DNA from: Eledone cirrhosa
Lineage: Eukaryota
Length of the DNA stretch: 64,000 nt
Direction of reading: 5' to 3'
Assembly: GCA_964016885.1 (NCBI GenBank)
Contig: OZ024760.1
Coordinates: 7,130,001-7,194,000 of the forward strand
Shown here: positions 26,438 to 39,554 of the stretch, piece after piece
How positions within the stretch are numbered: position 1 is the first letter of the stretch
Layout: each line of letters opens with the position of its first letter
Position numbers and translations under genes: made by a program
Notes under the pieces: model-generated
The model's input: only the letters and a program-made list of their open reading frames with translations
What the model was told of the DNA's origin: nothing
Database searches by the model: none

Positions 26438-29400
26438 TCATCATCATTCGTGGACTACTGTCGAGATGATGGATCTCACTCTCATACCCCAGAATTCCCT
26501 GTCCCCCATCGCTGCCCCCAGGTCCTGTCTACTGATTCCCGTATCCCTAGAGATAACGTCAGGGAATGACAGCTTCCTACTCCTAGTCAGGCTGGAGTCA
26601 GGGTTCCAGAGCAAGAGAGCGGATATGATTTCATTGCTGGCACGGTGACAGTGGCCAGCAAATTGAGCTCTCCAGGATTTTAGAAGGGCAGAGGCTCGAG
26701 GGAGTTTGCCATAGATTTTAGACAAGGTGGGATGTCGTTTCCAGGATAGGTTTTGCACTCTCGTTAAGAGGCGAGTATATGTGCCATCCAATCTCCTCTC
26801 AAGTTGTGATGTTAGTGTCCATGTTTCGGATCCATAAAGTAATATGGGCTTAATGGTTGCTTGGAATATTTCCAGTTTTAGCTTGTTGGTAAGTTGAGAT
26901 GTCCATATGGCGTGCATGTCATTGCACGCTGACCATGCCATACCCTTCCTGGTTAGAAAATCTTTTTTGGAGGAGGAGATATATGAGCCAAGATACTTGT
27001 AATCTTCCACCTGCTTAAGGGTGGTACCATTAAGGGTTCTGATGGGGTAGTTTGGGCTGTTGCGCATCTGTTCACATACTCAGTCTTGGATTCGTTGAGG
27101 TACAGTCCAACACAGTTGGACGCTTGCTCTAATGATTTCAAAAGACTCTCAGCATTTTCCAGTGACCGACTGATCAATGCGATGTCGTCAGCAAAGTCGG
27201 TGTCGGTCAAGTATTTTGCTGGGTAGCATGAGCTTCTCCTAGGCTGTAGTTGGTATCCCCTATCCTGAATCCTATCCACAGACATGCGCAAAACATAATC
27301 CACAACAATGATAAATAGATACGGAGCAAGGGTATCGCCCTGTAAAATTCCAGCGAGGATTGAGAAAGGTCGTGTTTCCCCATCTGGGTCAGGACAGTTG
27401 ATTTGGTATCTGTATACATTACACGTATGGCCGCGATGATTTTATCAGGAATCCCATAGAGTTGTAGAATTTCAAACATCCCCGACCTGTCAACTGAGTG
27501 CAAGGTCTAGATTGCGGTTTTGGGACTCCTCTATAAGTCGGCGAAGGCAGAGAATCTGGCTAAGGGTTGATCTACCTCTCCTAAATCCATTCTGGTTGTT
27601 ACGAAGGATTGGCTCAAGAAATGGGATTAAGCGGTTAAGAAGAAGCTTGTTGTATATTTTTGCAGCAATTGCCATGAGAGAAATTCCTCTATAGTTGGTG
27701 GCTAAAGAAAGATCTCCTTTTTTGGGCATGGGGATAATTTGAGCTGCATGCCAGACGCTAGGTGGTTTATTGGTCTCGAAAGTATGGTTACATAGGTTGA
27801 ACAAAAGGATGTGGAAATGCTCATCCTTCCAAATCAGGGTAGGTATATTATCCGGCCCAAAGGCTTTTGAGGCTTTGAGCTGTTTGATGGCTTCTTTGAG
27901 CTCAGGCATGGTGAAAGGAGAGGTGTTGATTCCTAAAGGCTCTGAAACCTGAACAGATGGCAGTTGATAGTTATCAGGGAGTCTGGCCTTTTTCCCTAGA
28001 AAGTTTTTAAAATGAGCAGACCAATTTTCAAGACGTTTTTTGGCAGATCCTCCTTTGATTCTAACTGCAGAGTTTGAGTTTTTGCCTGAAAGATCTTTGA
28101 CAACCTTCCAAGCAAGATGATGGTGTTTGCTGATGTGATGTTGCGATAGCTGATCAATCCTACCTGAGATATAGTCAGCTTCAGCATTAAGATAAGCGTC
28201 GTCTAGTCATTTTTTGGCCATGATAAGCTGTATCTTTTTCCCTTGAGATGGTGATTGATGGTGAGATTGGGATATTGACCTAAGATGGGCCCTTGCCTCA
28301 ACTACCTTCTCTGAGGCACTAGGTTTCACTTGGCTTCGGCTTTTCTTTTTAGGTAGGGTGGCAAGTGCAACTTCCTCTGTTGATTGCTTAAGACAGTCAT
28401 ACACATCCTCAATATTATCGTCATTGATGTCAGAAGTTGAGAGAGATTGAAATCTGTTATAGACTTGAAGTGTGAAGCTATTGGATAGTTGTTTGTTGGA
28501 AGAAACAGCTTTCCAGTCTATTCTTTTCATGGGATGAGATTCGGCCCTCTTGGATATCCTGAGACTAAATTTGATTGTTGCCGAGATGACTCGATGATCT
28601 GAGCCAACAGAGCTAAAGGAGGAATAAGATCTAGAATCTTTGATTGAGTTTCTCCATTTCTTGCGAAATATCAAATAGTCAATCTGAGCTCGTTTTGGGT
28701 TTGGGTATTCGAAGGTCTAAAGCCGGCCTCTGGTCTTCATGAAGTTGTTGTTTGAGCTGAATAGACTGAATTCTTCCATGAAGTCCTTGAGATATTCCCT
28801 ATTTCGGTTAGTAACCCTATTGTATGTGAACTTTACTTCATCCGGGCCAAGTTGAGTGTTGAGGTCTCCAGCGATGATAAGAAAGTTGTGTAAGGGTACT
28901 TGCTCAACAACTGAGCGAAGGGTCGTGTAGAATTCTCTTACCTCATCCTCAGGAGAGGCGTTATGAGGACTGTATACACATATCGCAGTGGTTCTAGGAT
29001 TGCCCTCTAGTGTAAGCACCAAGATTCTGGGAGAGATTGTTTCAATCCCCAGAAGATTATTGCTGGCTTTAGATGAGAGAAGGCAGCCGACTCCTCCGAC
29101 GGAGGCATTGACAGGGTTCTTGGTGGCTGAAGAGGTGACAAGTTGGTAGGATCCTAGGGTGTGATACTTGAGATCAACCTTTGGGTGGAAAAAGCGGTGT
29201 TCTTGGAGCGCAAGGATGTCAATGTTCTGAAGTTTGGCATTCTCTGCCAGCTCCTGGAGTCTACCTGTTGGAAGGAGGGTTCTGGTGTTCAAGGAGCAAC
29301 TATTATTTGCTTTTTACAGCTAACTAAGCGAGATTTGCTTGTTGTTTGGTTAGGACCTGTTTCTTCTCCATCAGATGAACCCCGCCCCTTGAGATTTGAG

Positions 29401-30063
29401 GATTCATCATCATTCGATGCCTTTGTAGGTGCATTATGATCAGAAACAGGACCCGGGAAAGCAGGGGCTGGACCTATATCAACAGGTATACCATATAGTG
29501 TGGTTCCCTGAGGAACAGGAACCCTGGTGCAGTTAGTTGCGAAATCCATCATCTTTTCAAATAGCTAATAATGTGTGTGGGCGCCACTACTACACACATG
29601 TGAAAGAATTTGACAGCCAAGTCTTGAAGAAGGTGCTTTCTCCTCCGTGTGGTGGGTTACCCGGCGCCAGATACTAACCTGGCATTTATACCCTCGCCCT
29701 AATTGTTCGTGTTGCAAGCACTAGAGTAGTCGCTAACCAAAGCTACGGACCCACTCTATCCGTCTGGAGATACGTTGTACTAGCTTACCAGCATACTAGT
29801 AGCAGGAAGTTGACTTTTCCGGCACTGCAGCGCCTTTCGGCGGTCCGTGCTGGTTTTGGATGGCCATTGACTCAAAGAGCTCTTAAGAGCTCCCAGGAGC
29901 TCCTTTGCCCTTCGACTGATTTTATTTTTAGTCCTGCAGGATGTCCAAAGTCACCCTCCTCACCAAGAAACCTTGGTGGGGTTGCTAGTTTAGTCGCCGA
30001 CGACCCGACCATGAGACAGGTTGTACTGGGGTACATGTTACCAGTAGCACCAACTGGTGACCT

Positions 30064-30066
<3 letters not shown>
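26438..30066 (-). mobile_element. Near full-length, decayed RTE-clade (RTE-X-like) LINE with APE endonuclease and RT
   Basis: ORF fragments: NTRTL..DILALQEHR..AGDLN and SDHR (APE); KGDLS..NYRGISL, QNGFRRGRST, FADDIAL, YKYLGS, LLYGSETW. (TGA)n tail; frameshifts and stops; flanked by (TA)n. Confidence 0.9.
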
Positions 30067-30112
<46 letters not shown>

Positions 30113-30590
30113 TATATATATATATATGCAGCTACACGTTTTATACTTGATCAGGTTAGTTGGCCTATATCTATACACACACACACACTCACGCATTCAT
30201 ACTTCTAATGCATACACTCATACACACACACTGATACTTCTATTGCACACACACACACATTTCCAATACACACACACACACACATGCTTCCAATACATAC
30301 ATATACATACACTCACACACACATACCCACACACACACACACTTCCAATACATACATACATACACACTCACATACTTCCATTACACACACTCACATGCTT
30401 CCATTACACCCACACACACACACTTCCAATACATACATACATACACACACACACTCACACTTCCAATACACACAGACACATTATATATATTTATTGTGGT
30501 GACATCTTGACCCCCCCCCCCCCTGGGTTGTTATCAACTGTAATTTGAGTGGACTGTTTTGATTGAATGTCTTTAGTTTACAACGTAGGT

Positions 30591-31095
30591 CTCTCTCTCT
30601 CTTTCTCTCTCTCTCTCACTCTCTCCTTCTTTCTATCTTTTCTCTCTCCTTCTCTCTCTCTCACTCTCTCCTTCTTTCTATCTTTTCTCTCTCCTTCTCT
30701 CTTTCTCTCTCTCTCTCTCACTCTCTCCTTCTTTCTATCTTTTCTCTCTCCTCTCTTTCTCCCTCCCATCTCTCTCTCACTCTCTTTTTCTTTCTTTCTC
30801 TCTCTCTCTCTCACTCTCCTTCTTTCTATCTTTTCTCTCTCCTTCTCTCTTTCTCTCTCTCTCTCACTCCTTCTTTCTATCTTTTCTTTCTCTCTCTCAC
30901 TCTCTTTCTTTCTATCTTTTCTCTCTCATTCTCTCTCTCTCTCTCACTCTCACTCTTTCTTTCTATCTTTTCTCCCCCTCTCTCTCTTCCTCCCATCTCT
31001 CTCTCCCTCTCTCCCTCTCTCTCTCACTCTCTTTTTCTTTCTAACTCTTTCTCTCTCTCTCTCTCTCTTTCTCCCCCCTCCCCGCCCTCTCTCTT
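30591..31095. repeat. Complex (CT)n low-complexity tract
   Basis: Direct inspection. Confidence 0.92.
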
Positions 31096-31457
31096 ATATA
31101 TATATATCATCATCATCAACACCCGTCACTATCATCACTATCAACACCACCACACCACCACACCAACATCCTTCTACATCACATGTCGCTACCAGTGTAC
31201 TTTCTTCTCCTCCACACCGTATCTCATTCCTTTTCTACCCACTTTTCTTTTGTCTTCTCTCTCTCACCCAGTATGTGCTCTGCCCTTCATACTCACTGCT
31301 GTTGCACAACAAGCAGGACATTCTTGCCCTCATTTCTTTCCAGCCTCTCTACCCCCCCCCCCCTAACCCATTCTCCCACAATACCTCACCCTATTGCTCT
31401 ACCATGCAATACTGTACTTCATACATACGCATCATATATGAAGTATACATCCAGTGA

Positions 31458-32002
31458 AGCCCCCAGCCCACACTGTAAAGTGGTTGTGTAGGTGACACGA
31501 CAAAAAGTACCCAGCACTAACTGTAAATTGGTCGTGATGGTGTCACGACAAAAAGCATCCAGCCAACACTGTAAAGTGGTCGTGTAGATGTCAACAAAAA
31601 GCACCAGTCCACACTGTAAAGTGGTTGTGATGGTGACATGGCAAAAAGCACCCAGCCCACACTGTAAAGTGGTCGTGTAGGTGTCATGACAAATAGCACC
31701 CAGCCCACACTGTAAAGTGGTTGTGATGGTGACATGGCAAAAAGCACCAGTCCACACTGTAAAGTGGTCGTGTAGGTGTCATGACAAATAGCACTCAGTC
31801 CACACTGTAAAGTGGTCGTGTAGGTGTCACGACAAATAGCACTCAGTCCACACTGTAAAGTGGTCGTGTAGGTGTCACGACATATAGCACTCAGCCCACA
31901 CTGTAAAGTGGTCATGTAGGTACCATGACAAAAAGCACCCAGCTCACACTGTATAGTGGTCATGTACGTGTCATGATATAAAGCACCAAGTACTCACTGT
32001 AA
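31458..32002. repeat. ~49-bp tandem array of an RTE-UTR/SINE internal segment
   Basis: gcacccagcccacactgtaaagtggtcgtgtaggtgtcatgacaaa. Confidence 0.85.
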
Positions 32003-32749
32003 ATGAGGTTGGCATAAGGAAGGGCATCCTGCTGGAGAAATCAAACCAAAATCAGTTCTGTATGAGCAAGACATGGTCACCTAACCTGGCATTGCCCACA
32101 ACAGGACAACTCGTCTAACCCATGCTAGTGTGGAGAAGTGGACATAAAAGGCTGATGATATATATATATATAGGTATTGAAACAAGTTAAATATTTACAC
32201 ATGTTTCTTCCTGAAGTTTGTATACATGTTTTGTTACAGACTCTGAATATATTTATATATATATAACAATAATAATAATTGTTTCTGCTTTTGGCACAAG
32301 GCCAGCAATTATCCAGTTCATTACTGGTACTTTATTTTATCGACCCCGTAAGGATGAAAGGCAAATATAATAATAATAATTGTTTCTACTTTAAGCACAA
32401 GGCCAGCAATTACCCAGTGCATTACTGGTACTTTATTTTATCGACCCCGTAAGGATGAAAAGCAAATATAATAATTGTTTCTACTTTAGGCACAAGGCCA
32501 GCAATTACCCAGTGCATTACTGGTACTTTATTTTATCGACCCCGTAAGGATGAAAGGCAAAGTCAACCTCGGCGGGATTTGAACTCAGATCGTAAAGGGA
32601 CGTAACTCTGCTGGAAAGTATGGCGTCCGACCCTCTACCGATACTGCCAATCCACAATAATGATTTCTCATTTAGGAACAATGGTTTGTACACTGATTTA
32701 TTCTTTTAATTAATTTGTATATACTATAACAAAGTGCAGGGCAATAAAG

Positions 32750-33498
32750 ATAGATGGTAGCCACGGAGTAGGCAGACCCAGAAAAACCTGGGACGAGCTG
32801 ATAAACTCCGACCTCACACACTTACACCTCTCCAAGACAATGTCACTGGATCGAGACCTTTGGCGGTACTCAGTTATAGAGAAGACCCGCCTTACCTAAA
32901 TACAAAGTAAAACCTACTACAGTCAGTAGGCATCTCTAACAAAATACCCCCCCCCCCCATTCACACCGCCCCATTCAATGTAAAGTTATGTTGGTGCCAC
33001 AACATCCAGACCGAAACAAATGAGATCGTGTAGGTGTCACGACAAAAAACACACAGTCCACGCTGTAATGTGGCCGTGTAGGTAACACGGTAAAAACCTC
33101 CCAGTCCCACACTGTAAATGTGGTTGGTGTTAGGAAGGGCATCCAGCTGTAGAAAACACGCCAGACAGTCCACGCTGTAATGTGGCCGTGTAGGCAACAC
33201 GGTAAAAACCTCCCAGCCCCACACTGTAAATGTGGTTGGTGTTAGGAAGGGCATCCAACTGTAGAAAACACGCCAGACAGTCCACGCTGTAATGTGGCCG
33301 TGTAGGCAACACGGTAAAAACCTCCCAGCCCCACACTGTAAATGTGGTTGGTGTTAGGAAGGGCATCCAGCTGTAGAAAACCCGCCAGACAGTCCTATGC
33401 GAGCAAGACAACCACTCTTGCCTCAAGTGGGAAAACTCCCGTCCAAACCCATGCAAGCGTGGAACATGGACGTTAAACGATGATGATGATGATGATGA
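32750..33498 (+). mobile_element. RTE LINE 3' end and 3'UTR with an internal ~119-bp triplication; truncated copies of this UTR at 7197-7580, 6818-6970, 16415-16606, 41940-42232
   Basis: GRPRKTW-coding segment continues into the UTR and ends gacgttaaac(gat)n. Confidence 0.75.
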
Positions 33499-33828
33499 TA
33501 TTCCATCCATAGTTTATATGTTCTTTACCAGGGTGGTATTTGATCCCCTATTATCAGATGTATTTTATTACGTATCTCTAATTATTATGATTTGCTGTTC
33601 AGTGGATTGGCAGTATTGATAGAGGGTCGGACGCCATGCTTTGCAGCATAGAGTTACGGCCCTTTATGTTCTGAGTTCAAATCCCGCCGAGGTTAGCTTT
33701 GCCTTTCATCCTCACAGGGTCGATAAAATAAAGTACCAGTCACACACTGGGGTCAATTTAATCGACTTTCCCCTCCCCCAAAATTGCTGGCCTTGTGCCT
33801 ATATAAGAAATCATTATTATGATTTTCG

Positions 33829-34017
33829 GGCGGTGGATTGGCAGAATCGGTAGAGCGTCGGATACCGTGCTTTCCAGTATAGTTACGTCCCTTTACGGTC
33901 TGAGTTCAAATCCCGCCGAGGTTAACTTTGCCTTTCATCCTTACGGGGTCGATAAAATAAAGTACCAGTAATGTACTGGGTAATTGCTGGCCTTGTGCCT
34001 AAAGTAGAAACAATTAT
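33829..34017 (+). mobile_element. tRNA-derived SINE family 1 (representative copy; >15 copies or fragments in the window)
   Basis: A box TGGCAGAATCGG, B box GTTCAAATC, core gcctttcatccttacggggtcgataaaataaagtaccagt; other copies near 255-690, 2860-3160, 4330-4640, 13713-13902, 32275-32655, 41096-41272, 57730-57920, 62960-63097. Confidence 0.85.
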
Positions 34018-35378
34018 GATTTTCTGTTTGGTGGATTGGCAGTATCGGTAGAGCGCCGGAGACTGTGCTTTGCAGCATAGAGTTATGGTCCTCTACGTTC
34101 TGAGTTCAAATCCCGCCGAGGTTAGCTTTGCCCTTCATCCTTACGGGGCCGATAATGCATTGAAGTCGACTTTCCCTTTCCCCAATATTGTGCCTAAATC
34201 AGAAACCATTGTTTAAATGGTCTGAGTCCTTGCACTTGTACAATATCTCGGTCTGTCTGTCTGTATATATTTATTACTCAATTCAGTTTTTGTGCCAACC
34301 CTTACCTATGGTCATGAATTTTGGGTAATGACCGAAAGAACATGATCGTGAATACAAACGCATTGGGGTCGATTTAATTGACCCCCCCCCCTCCCCAAAA
34401 AAATTGCTGGCCTTGTGCCTAAAGTAGAAATAATAATTATTATTATTATTATTGGGCCTACTCTGAGTATGTGTCTGTAAATTAAAGGTGGAAAACTGGG
34501 AGAGGGCACTTGCCCTGGTGGTCAGGGTCACTGTGGCCTTTTAATGGACTTTCTCCACAAATGTCCCTCGGAAGTCTCCCCCCTATTGGGGAATATTTCA
34601 TTGTTATTTTTTTGTTACATCTTCTGTTTTTTTTTTTTTACATGCAGAAATGCCCATTTGTACCGTCCTGTATTGTCCTGTCCTTAATATCTACTTTATG
34701 TAAACCCTTGTGGTTAATAAAGAAAGCATTATTTCCATTATTATTTTTATTGCGCATCATTTACAGCTCTGTGCATCTTGGGCATGGAGCAGTGTAGTTT
34801 TTGCTGATGTAGTCATCATCATCATCATCATCATTTCATGTCCGCTTTTTCCCTGCTTGCAAGGGTGGGACAGGAACTGATTCTGGCTTGATTTCTACAG
34901 CTGGATGCCCTTCCTAACACCAACCTCATTTACAGTGAGTGCTGGGTGCTTTTTAGCCGTGGCACCTCCACAAGCACTTTGCAGTGGAATGATATGGACC
35001 CCAGTCCCTATCATCTCATTTCTACAGCTGAGTAAACTGGAGCAATGTGAAATAAAGTGTCTTGCTCAAGGAAACAACACATCACCCGGTCTGAGAATTG
35101 AACTCACAACCTTTCGATTGCAAGGCCAATGCTCTAACCACTAAGCCATGTGGCTCCAATTATATATATATTATATATATAAATATATATAATTGAAAAA
35201 GTGGAGAATAACATGGTCAACAGTACAAAAAAGGGGATTTATTTACAGTTTAGTACTTGTAGTAATATGTGTGCATTGCCTAGTAGTGCTATCTTTTGTA
35301 TGTTCTATATATTTGTAAGTTCTGGAGTCTGGGCTATCTATCTGACTGCATGAATTTTTAACATTCCCAGAGCAGCTA

Positions 35379-35415
<37 letters not shown>

Positions 35416-35706
35416 GAGGTGTGAGAATGAAATTCAATTTCTGAATTTTTATATCTATTTTGTGTCTACAGAGGGTGGACTACAAGTAAAGAGAACAGCC
35501 TAATTTATAAAACATGAAATCAGATGTTAAATGATAATGATGATTATGATGATAGTGATGATAACAAAATAATAAAAAAAATAGAACCCCAAAACAAGTA
35601 GATAAGGTTATTTCTTAAAAGACTCTCCACCTTGTCAGAATTACATCGCTTCCTACGAGTCTGTAAGTTTTTATTTTTGATATCTTCATGGTTCTTTTGA
35701 AATGTC

Positions 35707-35746
<40 letters not shown>

Positions 35747-35857
35747 GAAAGTATAGAAATTATTGTGAGTGTGAAGCCAACAGTATTTCATAATATATAT
35801 ATATAAATATACAATATTAAGAAATGGAAACTATATTTATAAAACTGATCTATATTA

Positions 35858-35922
35858 TATTTTATCTGATGAAAGCACACCATAATTTAACTTGGTGTCC
35901 TTGAAATATGTATAATGAAATA
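35858..35922 (+). ncRNA. Type I hammerhead ribozyme, same family as 36670-36734
   Basis: tattttat-CTGATGA-stem II-GAAA-TATGTA-TA^atgaaata. Confidence 0.72.
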
Positions 35923-36052
35923 AATATGGTTTTATAAATATAGTTTCCATTTGTTAATATCGTAGTTTTACTCCAAATATTTGTTGAGTGCTTTATATCA
36001 GTTATAAAAATATTTGCTTGTTGTATCCCAACAATTTAAATAGAACTTTTAC

Positions 36053-36117
<65 letters not shown>

Positions 36118-36418
36118 TATGTGTATATATATATATAAATATATATAATTGAAAAAGTAGAGAATAAGATGGTCAACAGTACAAAAAAGGGGATTTATTT
36201 ACAGTTTAACAATTGTTTCACTGATAAATATGTCTAAAAATTGCTGAACACTAGAAGCAGTGCTACTCAATTTTAAATACGATGTTAGCTTGTAAACCTC
36301 TTGTTGAGTCAAACAACGCCATACGCTAAAACTATCCATAATAAGAAGTATTCACAACTTCTAACTGGATTACCTACAACGATATTTTGTTATCCTTTAT
36401 ATATATATGTATATATAT

Positions 36419-36865
36419 ATATACGATATTAATAAATGGAAACTATATTTATAAAACCATATTTATTTCATTATACATATTTCAGCGATACCACATTAAA
36501 TTATGGTATGCCTTCATCAGACAAAATACAATATATAACAGTTTTACAAATAGGTTTGACGTACCCTTTAAAATACAACCATTACTTTTGGAGGCTGTCT
36601 GGATGTCCAAAAGTAATGGTTGTATTTTAAAGGGTACGTCAAACCTATTTGTAAAACTGTTATATATTGTATTTTGTCTGATGAAGGCATACCATAATTT
36701 AATGTGGCATCCCTGAAATATGTATAATGAAATAAATATGGTTTTATAAATATAGTTTCCATTTATTAATATCGTATATCTACTCCAAATACTTGTTGAG
36801 TGCTTTATATCAGTTATAAAAATATTTGCTTGTTGTATCCCAACAACTTTAAATAGAACTTTTGC

Positions 36866-36868
<3 letters not shown>
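36419..36868 (+). mobile_element. Penelope-like pLTR/retrozyme-type element: 174-bp inverted arms plus unique tail, inserted in (TA)n
   Basis: Arms 36419-36592 and 36606-36779, 13-nt loop; hammerhead in each arm; a shortened relative lies at about 35809-36052. Confidence 0.7.
36670..36734 (+). ncRNA. Type I hammerhead ribozyme (inverted copy at 36464-36528 on the minus strand)
   Basis: tattttgt-CTGATGA-aggcataccata..tgtggcatccct-GAAA-TATGTA-TA^atgaaata. Confidence 0.75.
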
Positions 36869-36915
<47 letters not shown>

Positions 36916-36974
36916 TAGATATTTCCGAAGAAAAAGCTATATAATTAGAAAGTGAACAACACAACATATAACTA

Positions 36975-37042
36975 CTCCATAACCAAAGGTTTCAGGATCC
37001 CAGACACTATTAATATATGTCTAGATCGTTCATCAGACAGAG
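36975..37042 (-). ncRNA. Type I hammerhead ribozyme motif
   Basis: Minus strand: ctctgt-CTGATGA-acgatctagaca..tgtctgggatcct-GAAA-CCTTTGG-TT^atggag. Confidence 0.65.
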
Positions 37043-37433
37043 AGGTTATCTAACCTGTTCACCTTCTAAATATATATATATACATATATTCATGTTGAAG
37101 ACACACATTTACAATGCACCATATATTTTATTTTGAATCAAATTTTTCTATGTTCATATTTTAACCCTTTAGAATTTACATTATTCCATATTTACTATTA
37201 TATTTTCACGTTAATTATCTCACATAATATCTCACCTGTGAGATTTTGATATTATTTATTTTGAGAACAATACCTTAACATCAGTACGAGTGGCCAGTTA
37301 CGGCCAGTTTGAATAGAAAGAGGTGAGAGAATTGAAGCCAGATAGGGCCGGTTTAAATGCTAGAGGGTTAAGTCATTTTCATGTTGTATTTAAGTGGACA
37401 AGGTGCGCCTTATACATGAGTATAAACAGTATA

Positions 37434-37504
<71 letters not shown>

Positions 37505-37510
<6 letters not shown>

Positions 37511-37880
37511 ATATATAAGAACAAAAGATGGTTAAAAGAGTTCCATGTATTTTATTATGCGCATTTCAAAAACAAATATCATCATGCAATAATATTTGTG
37601 TTTTCATCAGATAAAACAGGAGGACATGATATGAAGGTTAAAAAACACTTGTGGATAGTGCAGTTTTAAATCATATCATGTCTTCCTATTTTATCTGATG
37701 AAAACACAAATGTTATTGCATGATGATATTTGTTTTTGAAATGCGCATAATAAAATACATGGAACTCTTTTAACCATCTTTTGTTCTTATATATTATGTA
37801 TACTCCAGTCCTACAAACTGTAGAGTGCTTCTTATCCGATATCTGCATTGCTTTATTGTACTACAATAAAACTCACCTCC

Positions 37881-37882
<2 letters not shown>
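37505..37882 (+). mobile_element. Penelope-like pLTR/retrozyme-type element, second family: ~130-bp inverted arms plus tail, in (TA)n
   Basis: Arms 37505-37634 and 37671-37800; hammerhead; tail tactcc..gagtgct. Confidence 0.7.
37687..37757 (+). ncRNA. Type I hammerhead ribozyme (inverted copy at 37548-37618 on the minus strand)
   Basis: tattttat-CTGATGA-36-nt stem II hairpin-GAAA-TGCGCA-TA^ataaaata; stem I 8 bp; palindromic stem III ATGCGCAT. Confidence 0.82.
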
Positions 37883-37924
<42 letters not shown>

Positions 37925-38309
37925 TATATCATCATCATTATCATCTAATGGCCCACTATCTCTGCTAGCAAGGGTTGGATGGGTCTTTAGAGACTGAAGT
38001 GGGGCTACTGACCTCCCACACAGGTTGGGGGGGTTCACACCTCACTTTCATACAGTTCTGCATTCTACCAAGGGCAATTAATCATGGTATTAGCGTTATT
38101 CTGTCTTCAAGAAGCCACTGGTAAATGAATTAATTATCTTATGTTGTTTATTACATAACTAAAAAGCTCTGTAGCCTACATAGAGCACTCTCTTTTCCTT
38201 TACCTTTCCTATGGAAACACTTTATATATATATAGTGAAAGATTGAAGAGTAACATGGTCGGCTGTACAACTGGATTACCTACAACGATAACTTGTTATC
38301 CCATATATA

Positions 38310-38653
38310 TCATCATCATCATCATCATCATTTTACGTTCACTTTTCCCTGCTTGCAAGGGTGGGACGGGAACTGATTCTGGCTTGATTTCTACAGCCGG
38401 ATGCCCTTCCTAACACCAACCTCATTTACAGTGAGTGCTGGGTGCTTTTTTGCCGTGGCACCTCCACGACCACTTTGCAGTGGAATGATAGGGACCCCAG
38501 TCCCTATCATCTCATTTCTACAGCTGAGTAAACTGGAGCAATGTGAAATAAAGTGTCTTGCTCAAGGAAACAACACATCACCCGGTCTGAGAATTGAACT
38601 CACAACCTTTCGATTGCAAGGCCAATGCTCTAACCACTAAGCCATGTGCCTCC
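38310..38653 (-). mobile_element. tRNA-derived SINE family 2 with RTE-type tail (copies at 34814-35157, 53650-53972)
   Basis: Minus-strand head ggcacatggcttagtggttagag..gagttcaattctc; (TGA)n tail; three near-identical copies. Confidence 0.8.
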
Positions 38654-39409
38654 TATATATATATATAAGCTAGAATGGAGGCAGTAAAAACTTGTTAGAC
38701 CATTACTCACTAGAGTACTTGATACCTGGGGTGGTAGAGTGTGGTAATATGGAGGATTCGGGGCCCCGACGGCTGAGCTCCTGCCGTTTCAACAGCTATT
38801 TCCGAACTGCAGTAAAAGTAGTCTGGGTGTTTTGTAATCCAGAGGTCAACAGCTTCAATTCCTAAGTCGTGTGGGATGTTAGTATATATTTATTACTATT
38901 ACACATCCTTTGAAGCATGCAGGCTTCATACATACATACATATATACATGGTGGCTGCCAACTCGTTTTCGAGTACGGCCACTACTTTATATCCATGTAG
39001 GAGAACTCCTACCGAAGCGCTGAACGAGTGTGACATTTTAGTCCAGCCAGCGACTTGAAAACTCTGGTACAAACTAGTGACAATTACTGACACATAGTGC
39101 TGGGCCCATGGTACCATGTGACGACAAGTGCAGAGAGATCTCCAGATATAAAGCAATGCCTGTGCCGTGAAGATTTTATAGTGAGCAAAGGCACTGCACA
39201 AAGCCAGTCCCACTCTCTTAACCAAGATGATATTTACCAAAAAGAAGAACAAGTCAACATCATTGGATACCATCAGGGTTGCAGGTGTTATATCAGAGTT
39301 TTCCTTCTCCTAGAATTCTGCCTTGACAAAGGCTAAGGGGTCATCTCTCCCGGGACAAAGGCTAAGGCGTCATCTCTCCCGGGACAAAGGCTAAGGGGTC
39401 ATCTCTCCC

Positions 39410-39441
<32 letters not shown>

Positions 39442-39554
39442 GGGTTCTTATATATTTGATATATATTTATCCTTATCGAGCCCTCTTTGTATTTTATCAT
39501 GCACCTCCCCACTCAAGCACCCAGTCCACACTTTAAAGTAGTCATGTTTGGTGT

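Noticed and set aside
33829-33920. tRNA gene (A and B boxes)
   Set aside because: No cloverleaf; continues into a SINE core with many dispersed copies
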